A program made the position numbers and the translations under genes. From positions 1-53,760 of the forward strand of contig JASFEO010000005.1 in assembly GCA_050124795.1 (NCBI GenBank): DNA of 53,760 nucleotides, given 5' to 3'. Below are positions 11,658 through 19,929 of this stretch, piece after piece. Positions within the stretch are counted from its first letter, which is position 1, and the number at the start of each line of letters is the position of its first letter. The notes under the pieces are model-generated. The model did not search any database and was not told the DNA's origin. It was given only the letters and a program-made list of their open reading frames with translations. The stretch comes from Candidatus Pacearchaeota archaeon. Its GTDB lineage: Archaea; Nanobdellota; Nanobdellia; Pacearchaeales; GW2011-AR1.

Positions 11658-11817
11658 TTTAAAAATTAATTTTAGACGATAAAGAATAAAAAACACTTTT
11701 CTTTTTTAAAGAAGTATGAGTACTTTAGAGTGGGATGCGGGAATTTCACAAAACTTTGTTTTGCGAATCTATTTAAAAAACATAATATTTTTAAAATGAA
11801 CTTTTGTAGCAATTAAA

Positions 11818-12144
11818 ATGAAAATATATGAAATCGAACAAGCAGATATTGACGCTATGTGGAATAAGGCCAAGGAACTTGCAAGGGCTACAAGTTTTGA
11901 GATTCCCTCTTTGTCAGAAGTAGGGGAAGCTTTATTAAAAAACGGCTCGTTTGAACAGAGAATTTGTCTTAGTTCTTTTCCAGAATCAAAAATTAAGGCT
12001 AGAAAAAAATGTAATGGAGATGTGTGGTTTGAGGTGCAGACAAATATGTTTAGAGAGACTCCTTTTTCAAAAAAATATGAGAAAGAATTTAATAAGTTTG
12101 CAAATGATTATGTTTCTTTTAGGACAAGGCGGGGTTTACCTTAG
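11818..12144 (+). CDS. Hypothetical protein
   Basis: ATG ORF with upstream TATA-like box, fills the intergenic gap. Confidence 0.55.
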   Translation: MKIYEIEQADIDAMWNKAKELARATSFEIPSLSEVGEALLKNGSFEQRICLSSFPESKIKARKKCNGDVWFEVQTNMFRETPFSKKYEKEFNKFANDYVSFRTRRGLP

Positions 12145-12156
12145 AAATTATAAGAA

Positions 12157-12585
12157 TTATTTCAAAGGAACCCCAAAGTATTTCTTCAACTTTCGATTCT
12201 GCGCAAAAACTCTGTCTTTTTCTCTTTTTGCTCTTTTGTCTTGCCTGTTTTTTTCAAAATGTATTTTTATTCTCTCAAGTTTTTCTCCAACATTTTTCAA
12301 ATCAGGATTAATATATTTTTCTTTTTCTTTTAATATTTGCGAAATCTTTTTTTTGTATTCAGATGGATGAATATTTTCTCTTCTTAGTTTTTCTCCGATT
12401 TTTTCACTTGTTAATCCTGAGTCAGCTAATTCAATAACTTTTTTTTCAAATTCTATTTGAGTTATTTTCTTGGGCTTTTTTTCTTTAGATTCTTTTTTCT
12501 CTTTTTTAGAATCTTCTTTAACTTCTTCTGGAGCTTCTTCTATAGCTTCACTTTCTTTAGTTTTTTGTTTTGCTTTTTTTGGCAT
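12157..12585 (-). CDS. rps15: 30S ribosomal protein uS15 (S15P/S13e type)
   Basis: VIELADSGLTSEKIGEKLR, IKIHFEKNRQDK…LKKYF. Confidence 0.8.
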   Translation of the reverse strand: MPKKAKQKTKESEAIEEAPEEVKEDSKKEKKESKEKKPKKITQIEFEKKVIELADSGLTSEKIGEKLRRENIHPSEYKKKISQILKEKEKYINPDLKNVGEKLERIKIHFEKNRQDKRAKREKDRVFAQNRKLKKYFGVPLK

Positions 12586-12696
12586 GAAAAAGAAATGAGA
12601 TTTTTGTTTTTAAAGTTTGCTGTGTGGGTTCTTTGATATCTTATTTTGCTTTTTTTGAATATAAATTTTTAAAAAGGATTAAACTTTATATGTGCT

Positions 12697-13056
12697 ATGG
12701 GTTTGAAAAAATTAATTGAAGAAAGAGAAAATATTAAGGGCTTTTCAGAAATTCTTGCTAGGAATGTGGTGGAGGTTCTTAGTGAGTTGTGTTCTGATAC
12801 TGTGAAATTGTTTTGTGATGAACATCTTCACTTTCAAGTTGGAGGGATGAATGCAGAAGAGGTTAGGAAGAGATTCCCAAAGATGATCCAATTTAAACCT
12901 TATGGAATAAGTTATGATGAATTAAGATTAATCACAACTTCAGATGTAAAGCTAGGTCTTGAATATGCCTCTTCCCGGGGGGATTTAATTGGATATCGTG
13001 GAGGGTATTCAATTAAAAAAACTTCTTCCCAAATCATTGACGAAGCAGGGCTATAA
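12697..13056 (+). CDS. Hypothetical protein
   Basis: ATG ORF with upstream TATA-like box. Confidence 0.55.
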   Translation: MGLKKLIEERENIKGFSEILARNVVEVLSELCSDTVKLFCDEHLHFQVGGMNAEEVRKRFPKMIQFKPYGISYDELRLITTSDVKLGLEYASSRGDLIGYRGGYSIKKTSSQIIDEAGL

Positions 13057-13111
13057 GTATTGAATAATCTTAACCAACAAATTATTTAAATCCTGATTTC
13101 TTAATCTTTTT

Positions 13112-13906
13112 ATGTGCAAGGTGATAGGTGTTGTGAGTTTGAAGGGGGGTGTTGGAAAGACTTCTGTTGTTACAAGTCTGGGTGATGCAATTGCAAGGCT
13201 TGGCAAGAAAGTACTTTTAATTGATGGGAATTTTTCTGCTCCAAACCTTGGACTTCATTTGAATGTTGTTGATCCTGAGTTGACTCTTCATGATGTTTTA
13301 GCTAGGAAAGCGAATATAGGAGATGCAATTGTTAATTTTGGGAATTTTGATATTCTTCCTGCGTCATTAACTGATAAGAGTGAATTAAATTATTTTTTAT
13401 TGAAGGATAAAATTAAAAATTTGAAAAAGAAGTATGATGATATATTAATTGATTCTTCTCCTTCTTTAGGTGATGAAACTTTGGCTGTGATGTTGGCTTC
13501 AGATGGTTTAATTGTCGTTACAACTCCTGATGTTCCTACGCTTTCAACTACAATGAAGGCAGTTAAACTTGCCAAAAGTCGCGGAACACAGATTGACGGA
13601 CTTGTGATAAATAAGGTTTACAATAAAAATTTTGAATTAAAATTAGATGATATTGAGGATGCTTCAAGTGTTCCTGTTATGGCAGTGATCCCACACAATA
13701 TTCATGCGCTTCGCGCAGTTTCAGAATTTACCCCCTTGCCTACTTTGAAACCAAAATCAAAAGCAAGTGAAGAATACCGTCGCTTAGCTGCAAGTTTAAT
13801 CGGAGAAAAATATAAACCAGTAAAATTAAAAAGATTTTTTCAATGGGTGAATCCTACAAAACAGGATATTAATCGAGAGATTTTTTATGAAGGTCTGTTT
13901 GGGTAA
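13112..13906 (+). CDS. minD: MinD/ParA-family ATPase
   Basis: Deviant Walker A KGGVGKT, IDSSP, VINKV. Confidence 0.85.
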   Translation: MCKVIGVVSLKGGVGKTSVVTSLGDAIARLGKKVLLIDGNFSAPNLGLHLNVVDPELTLHDVLARKANIGDAIVNFGNFDILPASLTDKSELNYFLLKDKIKNLKKKYDDILIDSSPSLGDETLAVMLASDGLIVVTTPDVPTLSTTMKAVKLAKSRGTQIDGLVINKVYNKNFELKLDDIEDASSVPVMAVIPHNIHALRAVSEFTPLPTLKPKSKASEEYRRLAASLIGEKYKPVKLKRFFQWVNPTKQDINREIFYEGLFG

Positions 13907-13942
13907 AAAAATTTCAGGGAAATTTTTAGAGTTGTAGAATTA

Positions 13943-14407
13943 TTAGGAAGGCAATTTTTTTATTTCTGTTATTTTATTGTCGCAAGCAGAATATAAGCCA
14001 GTTATAATCCCAACACTTGGAACTTCAAAAGGGCAAATTGGCATTGTAAGGCTATCCAGGGGCCATGTTTGTTTCCATGTTGAAAATTCTGTTGTCTTTA
14101 GATGTATGTATGTTCTTAGGAGTCTTTCTATTGGATGGAGGTTTTTATAATTTTTTATTTCAGGTTCATTTGATCCATGGTGCATTACATTTATCCCCCA
14201 ACCAACTACTGCAATTTTTTGTTGTCCTATAAAATTATTTTCTAAAGAGTATTTATTTATTGTTTTATCAAAACTTCTTGGGATATATTTTGAAAATGAA
14301 AGTTCTTTATTTTTTTGTCCAAAAGTTTTTTTTAGAAAAGAGCAATTTGTCCTTAATTGAGTCTCATAAAATAATTCTGCCCTTTCTTTATACTGAATAT
14401 TTATCAT
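13943..14407 (-). CDS. Hypothetical protein (true start possibly 14510, with a frameshift in the T6 run at 14494-14499)
   Basis: Reading frame stays open upstream of 14407 to the homopolymer; ATG at 14510 has a TATA-like box. Confidence 0.45.
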   Translation of the reverse strand: MINIQYKERAELFYETQLRTNCSFLKKTFGQKNKELSFSKYIPRSFDKTINKYSLENNFIGQQKIAVVGWGINVMHHGSNEPEIKNYKNLHPIERLLRTYIHLKTTEFSTWKQTWPLDSLTMPICPFEVPSVGIITGLYSACDNKITEIKKLPS

Positions 14408-14584
14408 CTCCGCCCTTTTAATTGCTTTTTCTATGCACTCATTGAAGAATTCATGAAAGGGATTAGTAATTGTTTCTAAATCTTTTTTTGGACTTTTTTA
14501 TAAGTTGCATTATCTTATTATATAAAATTCATTTAAATAAATTATTATACTTTAGTATACGAATTAAAAGCCTTAAAAAATTAA

Positions 14585-14929
14585 TTAATATAATTCAAGA
14601 AATAGTTTCTCTAATTCAATTAAAAATTGGTCTTTTGTACCGCCTTCTTTGATAAATCCCCTCAATTTCACAGGCACGATTTTTTCTAAACCAATTAAAT
14701 TAGATAAATAGTCAATTCTTTTTCCGGGATTATCCGCAGGAATTTTCGCGTTTAAATAAGTTAATCTTAAAACTAAATCAGGATTTTTATTTTTCATATA
14801 CCTATCTGTTTCTTTTTCGACCCATTTATCTAATTTAAGATTTTTAAATTGTTTAATCTTTTCCCGAGCTTCTTCAAACTCTTCAAACACTTCAGAAAAT
14901 CCTTCTGTTGGATAATTTTTTTCAGGCAT
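14585..14929 (-). CDS. Hypothetical protein
   Basis: ATG ORF with upstream TTATAAA. Confidence 0.55.
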   Translation of the reverse strand: MPEKNYPTEGFSEVFEEFEEAREKIKQFKNLKLDKWVEKETDRYMKNKNPDLVLRLTYLNAKIPADNPGKRIDYLSNLIGLEKIVPVKLRGFIKEGGTKDQFLIELEKLFLELY

Positions 14930-15025
14930 GAATTTTTTATGATTTTGTTATTTATAAGGATTATTGTGTTTGTTTGAAATCCAGAATCAAAAGCCTTAAA
15001 AATTAATTAATAGTTCTTTATTTAG

Positions 15026-15098
15026 AGCCCCATAGTACAGTGGTCAAGTATCCAGGACTTTGAATCCTGGGACGCAGGTTCGAATCCTGCTGGGGCTA
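15026..15098 (+). tRNA. trnQ: tRNA-Gln(TTG), no intron, CCA not encoded
   Basis: Acceptor AGCCCCA/TGGGGCT, anticodon arm CAGGA-CT TTG AA-TCCTG, GTTCGAATC T-loop; A1-U72 pair typical of archaeal tRNA-Gln. Confidence 0.97.
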
Positions 15099-15160
15099 TT
15101 GATTTGAAATATCTTTTAGATAAGATAAATCTTAATAAACTAATCTAATTTGGTTCTTTT

Positions 15161-15400
15161 ATGTTAAGGAAAATTATAAAATATTTCAGTAGAAAAGAAA
15201 AAATTTCTAGATTAAACAAAAATAATAACCCAAAACCAAGTGGATTATGTGGATGTTTTCCCTATGAAAGGGGAGATTTTAAGGATGATAAATGGCCCGC
15301 ACCTTCTTATTGGAATGGTATTGATCCTGAAGCTTATAGGGCCAGATATGAAAATGAAGATTCTGGTTGGGAGATGATTGGTCCTACTGATGATGCTTAA
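15161..15400 (+). CDS. Hypothetical protein
   Basis: Short ATG ORF. Confidence 0.45.
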   Translation: MLRKIIKYFSRKEKISRLNKNNNPKPSGLCGCFPYERGDFKDDKWPAPSYWNGIDPEAYRARYENEDSGWEMIGPTDDA

Positions 15401-15462
15401 AGTTTATGAAATATACTCTGTAAAATATAAATTTTTATAAATGGATTCTTCCCATTTCTTTT

Positions 15463-16083
15463 ATGCAAGATAAAAAAACTTTTTTAGGAATGGATTATGA
15501 AAAGACAAAGTTTCATCCTGTCTTAAGTGAGTATTTAGAGATTCTTGCGCATGATGCACAGCATGGTTTTCCTGAAAATTTTGGCGGTTTAATGGGGTGG
15601 ATTTCTCAGCCAAAGGGAACTTATGGGGTTGATTATTTTTGGATCGGAGAAAATTCTGAAGAAAATAACAAATTGGATAACCCTTTTGAATCAAGGTGCA
15701 GACAGATTATGCAATTTCAACTTGATAGTATTCGCAATAGTGTGGATGCAATTGGCTGGCTGGACAGGGGGCGAAAATTGTTCAGGTCTGATTATTCTCA
15801 TTTAGAGGGTCTTGATAAAAGTATAAAGAAATTTTATCCAGATAGATCTTTGATTGGACAGGTTAGAAATATTTTTCTTAATGAAATGTTTATCAATGAG
15901 AATAAAATAAATCCAAATAACATTTTTTATTATAAACAAGATGGAGATTTACACAGGTTTTCTAAAGTTTGGCTTGAGACAATCTCTAAAGGATATGAAA
16001 GTGCTAAAAAGAGTATGGGGTTTTTAGAGAATAAAATTAATTTAAAGATGTTGGCATTAGAAGGACTGAAATCCTTGGAATAG
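15463..16083 (+). CDS. Hypothetical protein
   Basis: 206-aa ORF with TTTATAAA about 25 nt upstream. Confidence 0.6.
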   Translation: MQDKKTFLGMDYEKTKFHPVLSEYLEILAHDAQHGFPENFGGLMGWISQPKGTYGVDYFWIGENSEENNKLDNPFESRCRQIMQFQLDSIRNSVDAIGWLDRGRKLFRSDYSHLEGLDKSIKKFYPDRSLIGQVRNIFLNEMFINENKINPNNIFYYKQDGDLHRFSKVWLETISKGYESAKKSMGFLENKINLKMLALEGLKSLE

Positions 16084-16088
16084 TTAAT

Positions 16089-16694
16089 TTATCTCTTATA
16101 TCTCCCCCTCTTTTCAACCCGAATTAATCTTTCAAAAACTTTTTTTGAATCTTTATAATTTTTATAACCTGCTTTTACTTCCTGCCAAAGAATTTTATAA
16201 TTTTTAAAATGTTTTGCCTCCATTGCTTGCTTTAATAAATGCAAGTCAACTGCCTTGTCTTCAATTTTGCCGTTAAAGTATCCTAGTCCGAAATCAATAA
16301 AAAAGATTTTATCTTTTTTTAAAATCATATTTGAGGTCGTTAAATCTCCGTGAATAATATTTTCATTATGAAGTTTTGCAATTTCCCTTCCTATAACTTT
16401 GCAAATTTGCTTTTGTTTATTAATTGAAAATTTATCTAAATAGATTGATAATTTTTTCCCATTAAGATACGGCATTTTTATTTTATCAAAATCTTTTTGC
16501 TCTTGCGGAATCGGAGAATTAACTATTTCGCTTGCTTTTTTTAATAATTTAAATTCTTTTTTTGTTCTTCTTTTTCTAATTTTTTTATCAAGTTCAGGAA
16601 TTCTGTAAGATTTTTTTATTCTGTTTTTTATTATAAAATTTTTTTCCAGAATTATTTTTGCTTCTGCTCCTTGGGCAATTATTTTTTGTTTCAT
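16089..16694 (-). CDS. bud32: KEOPS complex kinase/ATPase Bud32
   Basis: QGAEA, HGDLTTSN, IDFGL, EDKAVDL, RGRY. Confidence 0.95.
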   Translation of the reverse strand: MKQKIIAQGAEAKIILEKNFIIKNRIKKSYRIPELDKKIRKRRTKKEFKLLKKASEIVNSPIPQEQKDFDKIKMPYLNGKKLSIYLDKFSINKQKQICKVIGREIAKLHNENIIHGDLTTSNMILKKDKIFFIDFGLGYFNGKIEDKAVDLHLLKQAMEAKHFKNYKILWQEVKAGYKNYKDSKKVFERLIRVEKRGRYKR

Positions 16695-18082
16695 TTTAAA
16701 TTATTATTCATTTTATTAATTATGTTTGTTGTTGATTCTCCGTCTATAAAAGGAATGAAAATTATTTTTCCATTACATTCTTCAATTGCTTTTCTTTCTT
16801 CCTGATTTATTGTTTCAAAATTATAATCTGCGCCTTTTGCAAATATATCTGGTTTTAATTCCCTTAGCATTTTTATTGGACTTGTTTCATTAAAGACAAT
16901 TACATAATCAACAAATTCTAAGGATGAGATTATCTCTGTTCTTGCTTCCTCTTTCTGCACTGGTCTGTTTTCGCCTTTTAGTTTTTTTATGGAATTGTCT
17001 GAGTTTATGCCGATGACTAAAATGTCTCCTAATCTTTTTGCTTCCCTTAAATATTTTATATAGCCTTTATGCAGGATGTCAAAGCAGCCATTTGTCCAGA
17101 TAATTTTTTTGCCTTTGATTTTCTCATTCTCAACTATTTCTTTTAATTCGCCGAGTGTTTTAATTTTTTTGTCTGATTTGAAAATTCTTGTTTTTAGTTC
17201 GTTTATATTAACAGTTGCAGTTCCGATTTTTTCAACAGAAATTCCCGCTGCGTAATTTGCAATTATCGCGGCTTCTTCTAAATTTGCATTTGAGGCAAGG
17301 CAAAGACCGAGAGTTGCAATTACTGTATCCCCTGCTCCTGAAACGTCATATACCTCTTTTGCATAAGTTGGAATATCTTTAATTCCGTCGTTGAAAATAC
17401 TCATTCCTTCTTTTCCCCTTGTTATGATTATGTTTGCTTTTAATTCTCTTTGCAGTTTTTTACCTGCTTCATGGATATCATTGCATTTGCTTAATTCAAG
17501 AGCTTCTTTTTTATTGGGAGTTATTAGATAAATTCCCTTGTAAGAAATTTTATTTTTTGGTTTTGGGTCTATAATTATTTTTTTATTTTTTGGCAAGTTG
17601 TCTATAAGATTTTGAGTTATTGCACCTTTTGCATAATCTGAAATAATTATTAAGTCTGTATTTTCTGATTCTTTTAAAACCAAATCTTTATTGAAAAATT
17701 TTTTTGAAGTTTCCTCCTGGTCAATTCTTACGATTTGTTGTTTGTTTGAAACTATTCTTGTTTTTTTAATTGTGGTTTTTGCAAAAGTTGGAATTAATTT
17801 TATTTTATTTATTTCTGTGATTTCTTTAATTTTTTTTCCGTCTTCATCTTCTCCAATAAAACACATTAATTTTGCATATCCTCCAAGCGCAGAAATATTT
17901 GCAGCAACATTTCCTGCTCCGCCCAAAACATATTTTTTTGATTGTACATTTAATATTGGAATCGGAGCTTCTGGACTTATTCTCTCGACCTTGCCGAAGA
18001 CATATTCGTCGAGCATTATGTCTCCTATAACGAGGATTTTTTTGTTTTTGAATCTGTTTAATATTCTTGTTGAGTCTTCCAT
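16691..18082 (-). CDS. hldE: Bifunctional D-glycero-beta-D-manno-heptose-7-P kinase / 1-P adenylyltransferase
   Basis: GDIMLDEY…RISPEAP, SDYAKG, DVSGAGD; TNGCFDILH, KGADY, STT. Confidence 0.93.
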   Translation of the reverse strand: MEDSTRILNRFKNKKILVIGDIMLDEYVFGKVERISPEAPIPILNVQSKKYVLGGAGNVAANISALGGYAKLMCFIGEDEDGKKIKEITEINKIKLIPTFAKTTIKKTRIVSNKQQIVRIDQEETSKKFFNKDLVLKESENTDLIIISDYAKGAITQNLIDNLPKNKKIIIDPKPKNKISYKGIYLITPNKKEALELSKCNDIHEAGKKLQRELKANIIITRGKEGMSIFNDGIKDIPTYAKEVYDVSGAGDTVIATLGLCLASNANLEEAAIIANYAAGISVEKIGTATVNINELKTRIFKSDKKIKTLGELKEIVENEKIKGKKIIWTNGCFDILHKGYIKYLREAKRLGDILVIGINSDNSIKKLKGENRPVQKEEARTEIISSLEFVDYVIVFNETSPIKMLRELKPDIFAKGADYNFETINQEERKAIEECNGKIIFIPFIDGESTTNIINKMNNNLK

Positions 18083-18134
18083 TGTCTTTTAATTATGGAA
18101 AGGTTTAAATAGCTTCCTTATTTAGAATATTAAA

Positions 18135-18665
18135 ATGAGGAAGATAACAATTAATTTTTCAAATAAAGTTTATATTACAATAGTTTCACTTATTTTAGTG
18201 ATTATTTTAATTTTTGGGGTTTATGCTTATGGAACCAGTGACCCTGCAGTTTTTGGACACTCTTCAGGAGAAATTGAAGGAGCAATTCCATCCGGAGCAG
18301 TCATGGCTTTTAATCTTAATACTTGCCCTGGTGGTTGGAGTCCCGCTGATGGATCTGGAGTTAGTGGAGATTATCCCAGTCTTGATTTACGGGGGGTGTT
18401 TGTTCGTGGGATGGAAACTTTTGATGGAGTAAGTTTTAATAATCGTGATGAGGATAGAAGCGGAGCAGGAACACTTGGAACTTACCAAGATGATGAATTT
18501 GAGGAGCATAGACACCAACTTGATAAGACTGCTGGAGGTGTGGAGACAGTTAGCGGTGAACTTTCTGATTATCGTGGGGGTTATAGCCCCATTTATACCT
18601 CTTATGAGGGGGGTACTGAAACTCGTCCAAAGAATGTAGCATTAATTTATTGTGTTAGGGATTAA
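18135..18665 (+). CDS. Secreted protein with phage tail-collar/fibre-like domain
   Basis: Signal/TM, IPSGAVMAF…CPGGW…DLRGVFVRG…GTYQDD…HRH…ETRPKNVALIYC. Confidence 0.75.
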   Translation: MRKITINFSNKVYITIVSLILVIILIFGVYAYGTSDPAVFGHSSGEIEGAIPSGAVMAFNLNTCPGGWSPADGSGVSGDYPSLDLRGVFVRGMETFDGVSFNNRDEDRSGAGTLGTYQDDEFEEHRHQLDKTAGGVETVSGELSDYRGGYSPIYTSYEGGTETRPKNVALIYCVRD

Positions 18666-18853
18666 AATTTTAAAGCTTAGACTTTGATTATAAAATGAAG
18701 GGGATAACAATTAAAATGAAGGGGATAACAATTAATATGACTAACAGAGTATATATTACTCTTGTCTCACTTGCCTTAGTTTTAATTTTAGGACTTGGAG
18801 TTTATGCTTATGGAACCAGTGACCCTGCAGTTTTTGGACACTCTTCAGGAGAA
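18219..18853 (+). repeat. Identical 54-bp direct repeat (18219-18272, 18800-18853) encoding VYAYGTSDPAVFGHSSGE
   Basis: Direct comparison. Confidence 0.9.
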
Positions 18854-19213
18854 CTTGAAGGAGCTTCAATTCCATCAGGAGCAGTTATGGCTTTTAATGC
18901 AGTATCTTGTCCTTCTGGCTGGAGTGCATTTTCTTCTGCAGACGGGAGAGTTGTTGTTGGTCTTGATGGCTCACAAACAGAGTTTGATACTCTTGGAAAA
19001 ATAGGGGGTGAAAACACCCATACTTTAACTGTTTCAGAGATACCAAGTCATAGGCATTCAATTCCTGCAGCAGCTGCGGCATCTGCATCAGGCTCTTTAG
19101 TCACTCCTGGTTTTTCTTCTAATGGAGTTAGATATTCAAATTATGCAGGAGGGGGCCAGGCTCACAATAATCTTCAGCCATATATCACTTTATTATATTG
19201 CATAAAGGATTAG
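18695..19213 (+). CDS. Secreted protein with phage tail-fibre/baseplate-like domain
   Basis: Same N-terminus as previous gene; GRVVVG…GGENTHTLTVSEIPSHRH…AHNNLQPYITL. Confidence 0.75.
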   Translation: MKGITIKMKGITINMTNRVYITLVSLALVLILGLGVYAYGTSDPAVFGHSSGELEGASIPSGAVMAFNAVSCPSGWSAFSSADGRVVVGLDGSQTEFDTLGKIGGENTHTLTVSEIPSHRHSIPAAAAASASGSLVTPGFSSNGVRYSNYAGGGQAHNNLQPYITLLYCIKD

Positions 19214-19744
19214 AAAAAAACTTAGCCAGATTAATGGAAAGGCAAAACTTGGCAAAAAAATTGGAAGGAAAAAACAAATTATTCCGAGGATAACACTGGA
19301 GTAAAGAAATGTTTTTGTAATCTTTAATTTTTGTTTTAGTTTTATTTTGTCAAATAGGTGAATTGAAATTATGAGTTCACTTGTTTCAAAGAGCGCAGGA
19401 AGAACTGTTGCAAATGAGAGAAATCTAAAAATGTTTTTTAGAAATCCCGAGGTTGTTTGATAAGCTGCTGAACTAATGTAAGTCCAGTTTTGAATTGAGA
19501 TATTGAAAAGTTCAAAAGCATCCCAGAAAATTGCTGAGAGAACAAATAGTCCAAGAAACATTAATGGTTTATTTTTTAATAATGATTTTTTTCTGATTTT
19601 GTAGACAAGTGCGTCGATAACTAAAATGTAGCCGAGCCAGATTATTGGAAAATACCAACTTGCAAAAGGTTCAATTTTAAAAAAGAAATTTAATTCAACA
19701 AGTATGATTAAAATTATTCCGATTATTCCATATGATTTTAGCAT
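19193..19744 (-). CDS. Multi-pass membrane protein, possibly 3'-truncated
   Basis: About 6 TM helices; ends in a hydrophobic helix overlapping the convergent gene. Confidence 0.6.
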   Translation of the reverse strand: MLKSYGIIGIILIILVELNFFFKIEPFASWYFPIIWLGYILVIDALVYKIRKKSLLKNKPLMFLGLFVLSAIFWDAFELFNISIQNWTYISSAAYQTTSGFLKNIFRFLSFATVLPALFETSELIISIHLFDKIKLKQKLKITKTFLYSSVILGIICFFLPIFLPSFAFPLIWLSFFLILYAI

Positions 19745-19929
19745 GTTAAAATTAAGGGAGTTGGATTTATAAAATTGAAGGTTTGATTGGGTTTTGAAAT
19801 TAATTAATAATCCTCTAAATAAAAATTTTGCATGTAAATTTATCATAATTAAATTTAAAAATAATCTTTCTATCTTACTTTATGTGTCTTTTAATTAATA
19901 AATGTTTTTTGCTATGTTAGTCAAGGGAT

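Noticed and set aside
13943-16083. Provirus or island integrated at tRNA-Gln
   Set aside because: No duplicated tRNA 3' end and no adjacent integrase or viral genes seen
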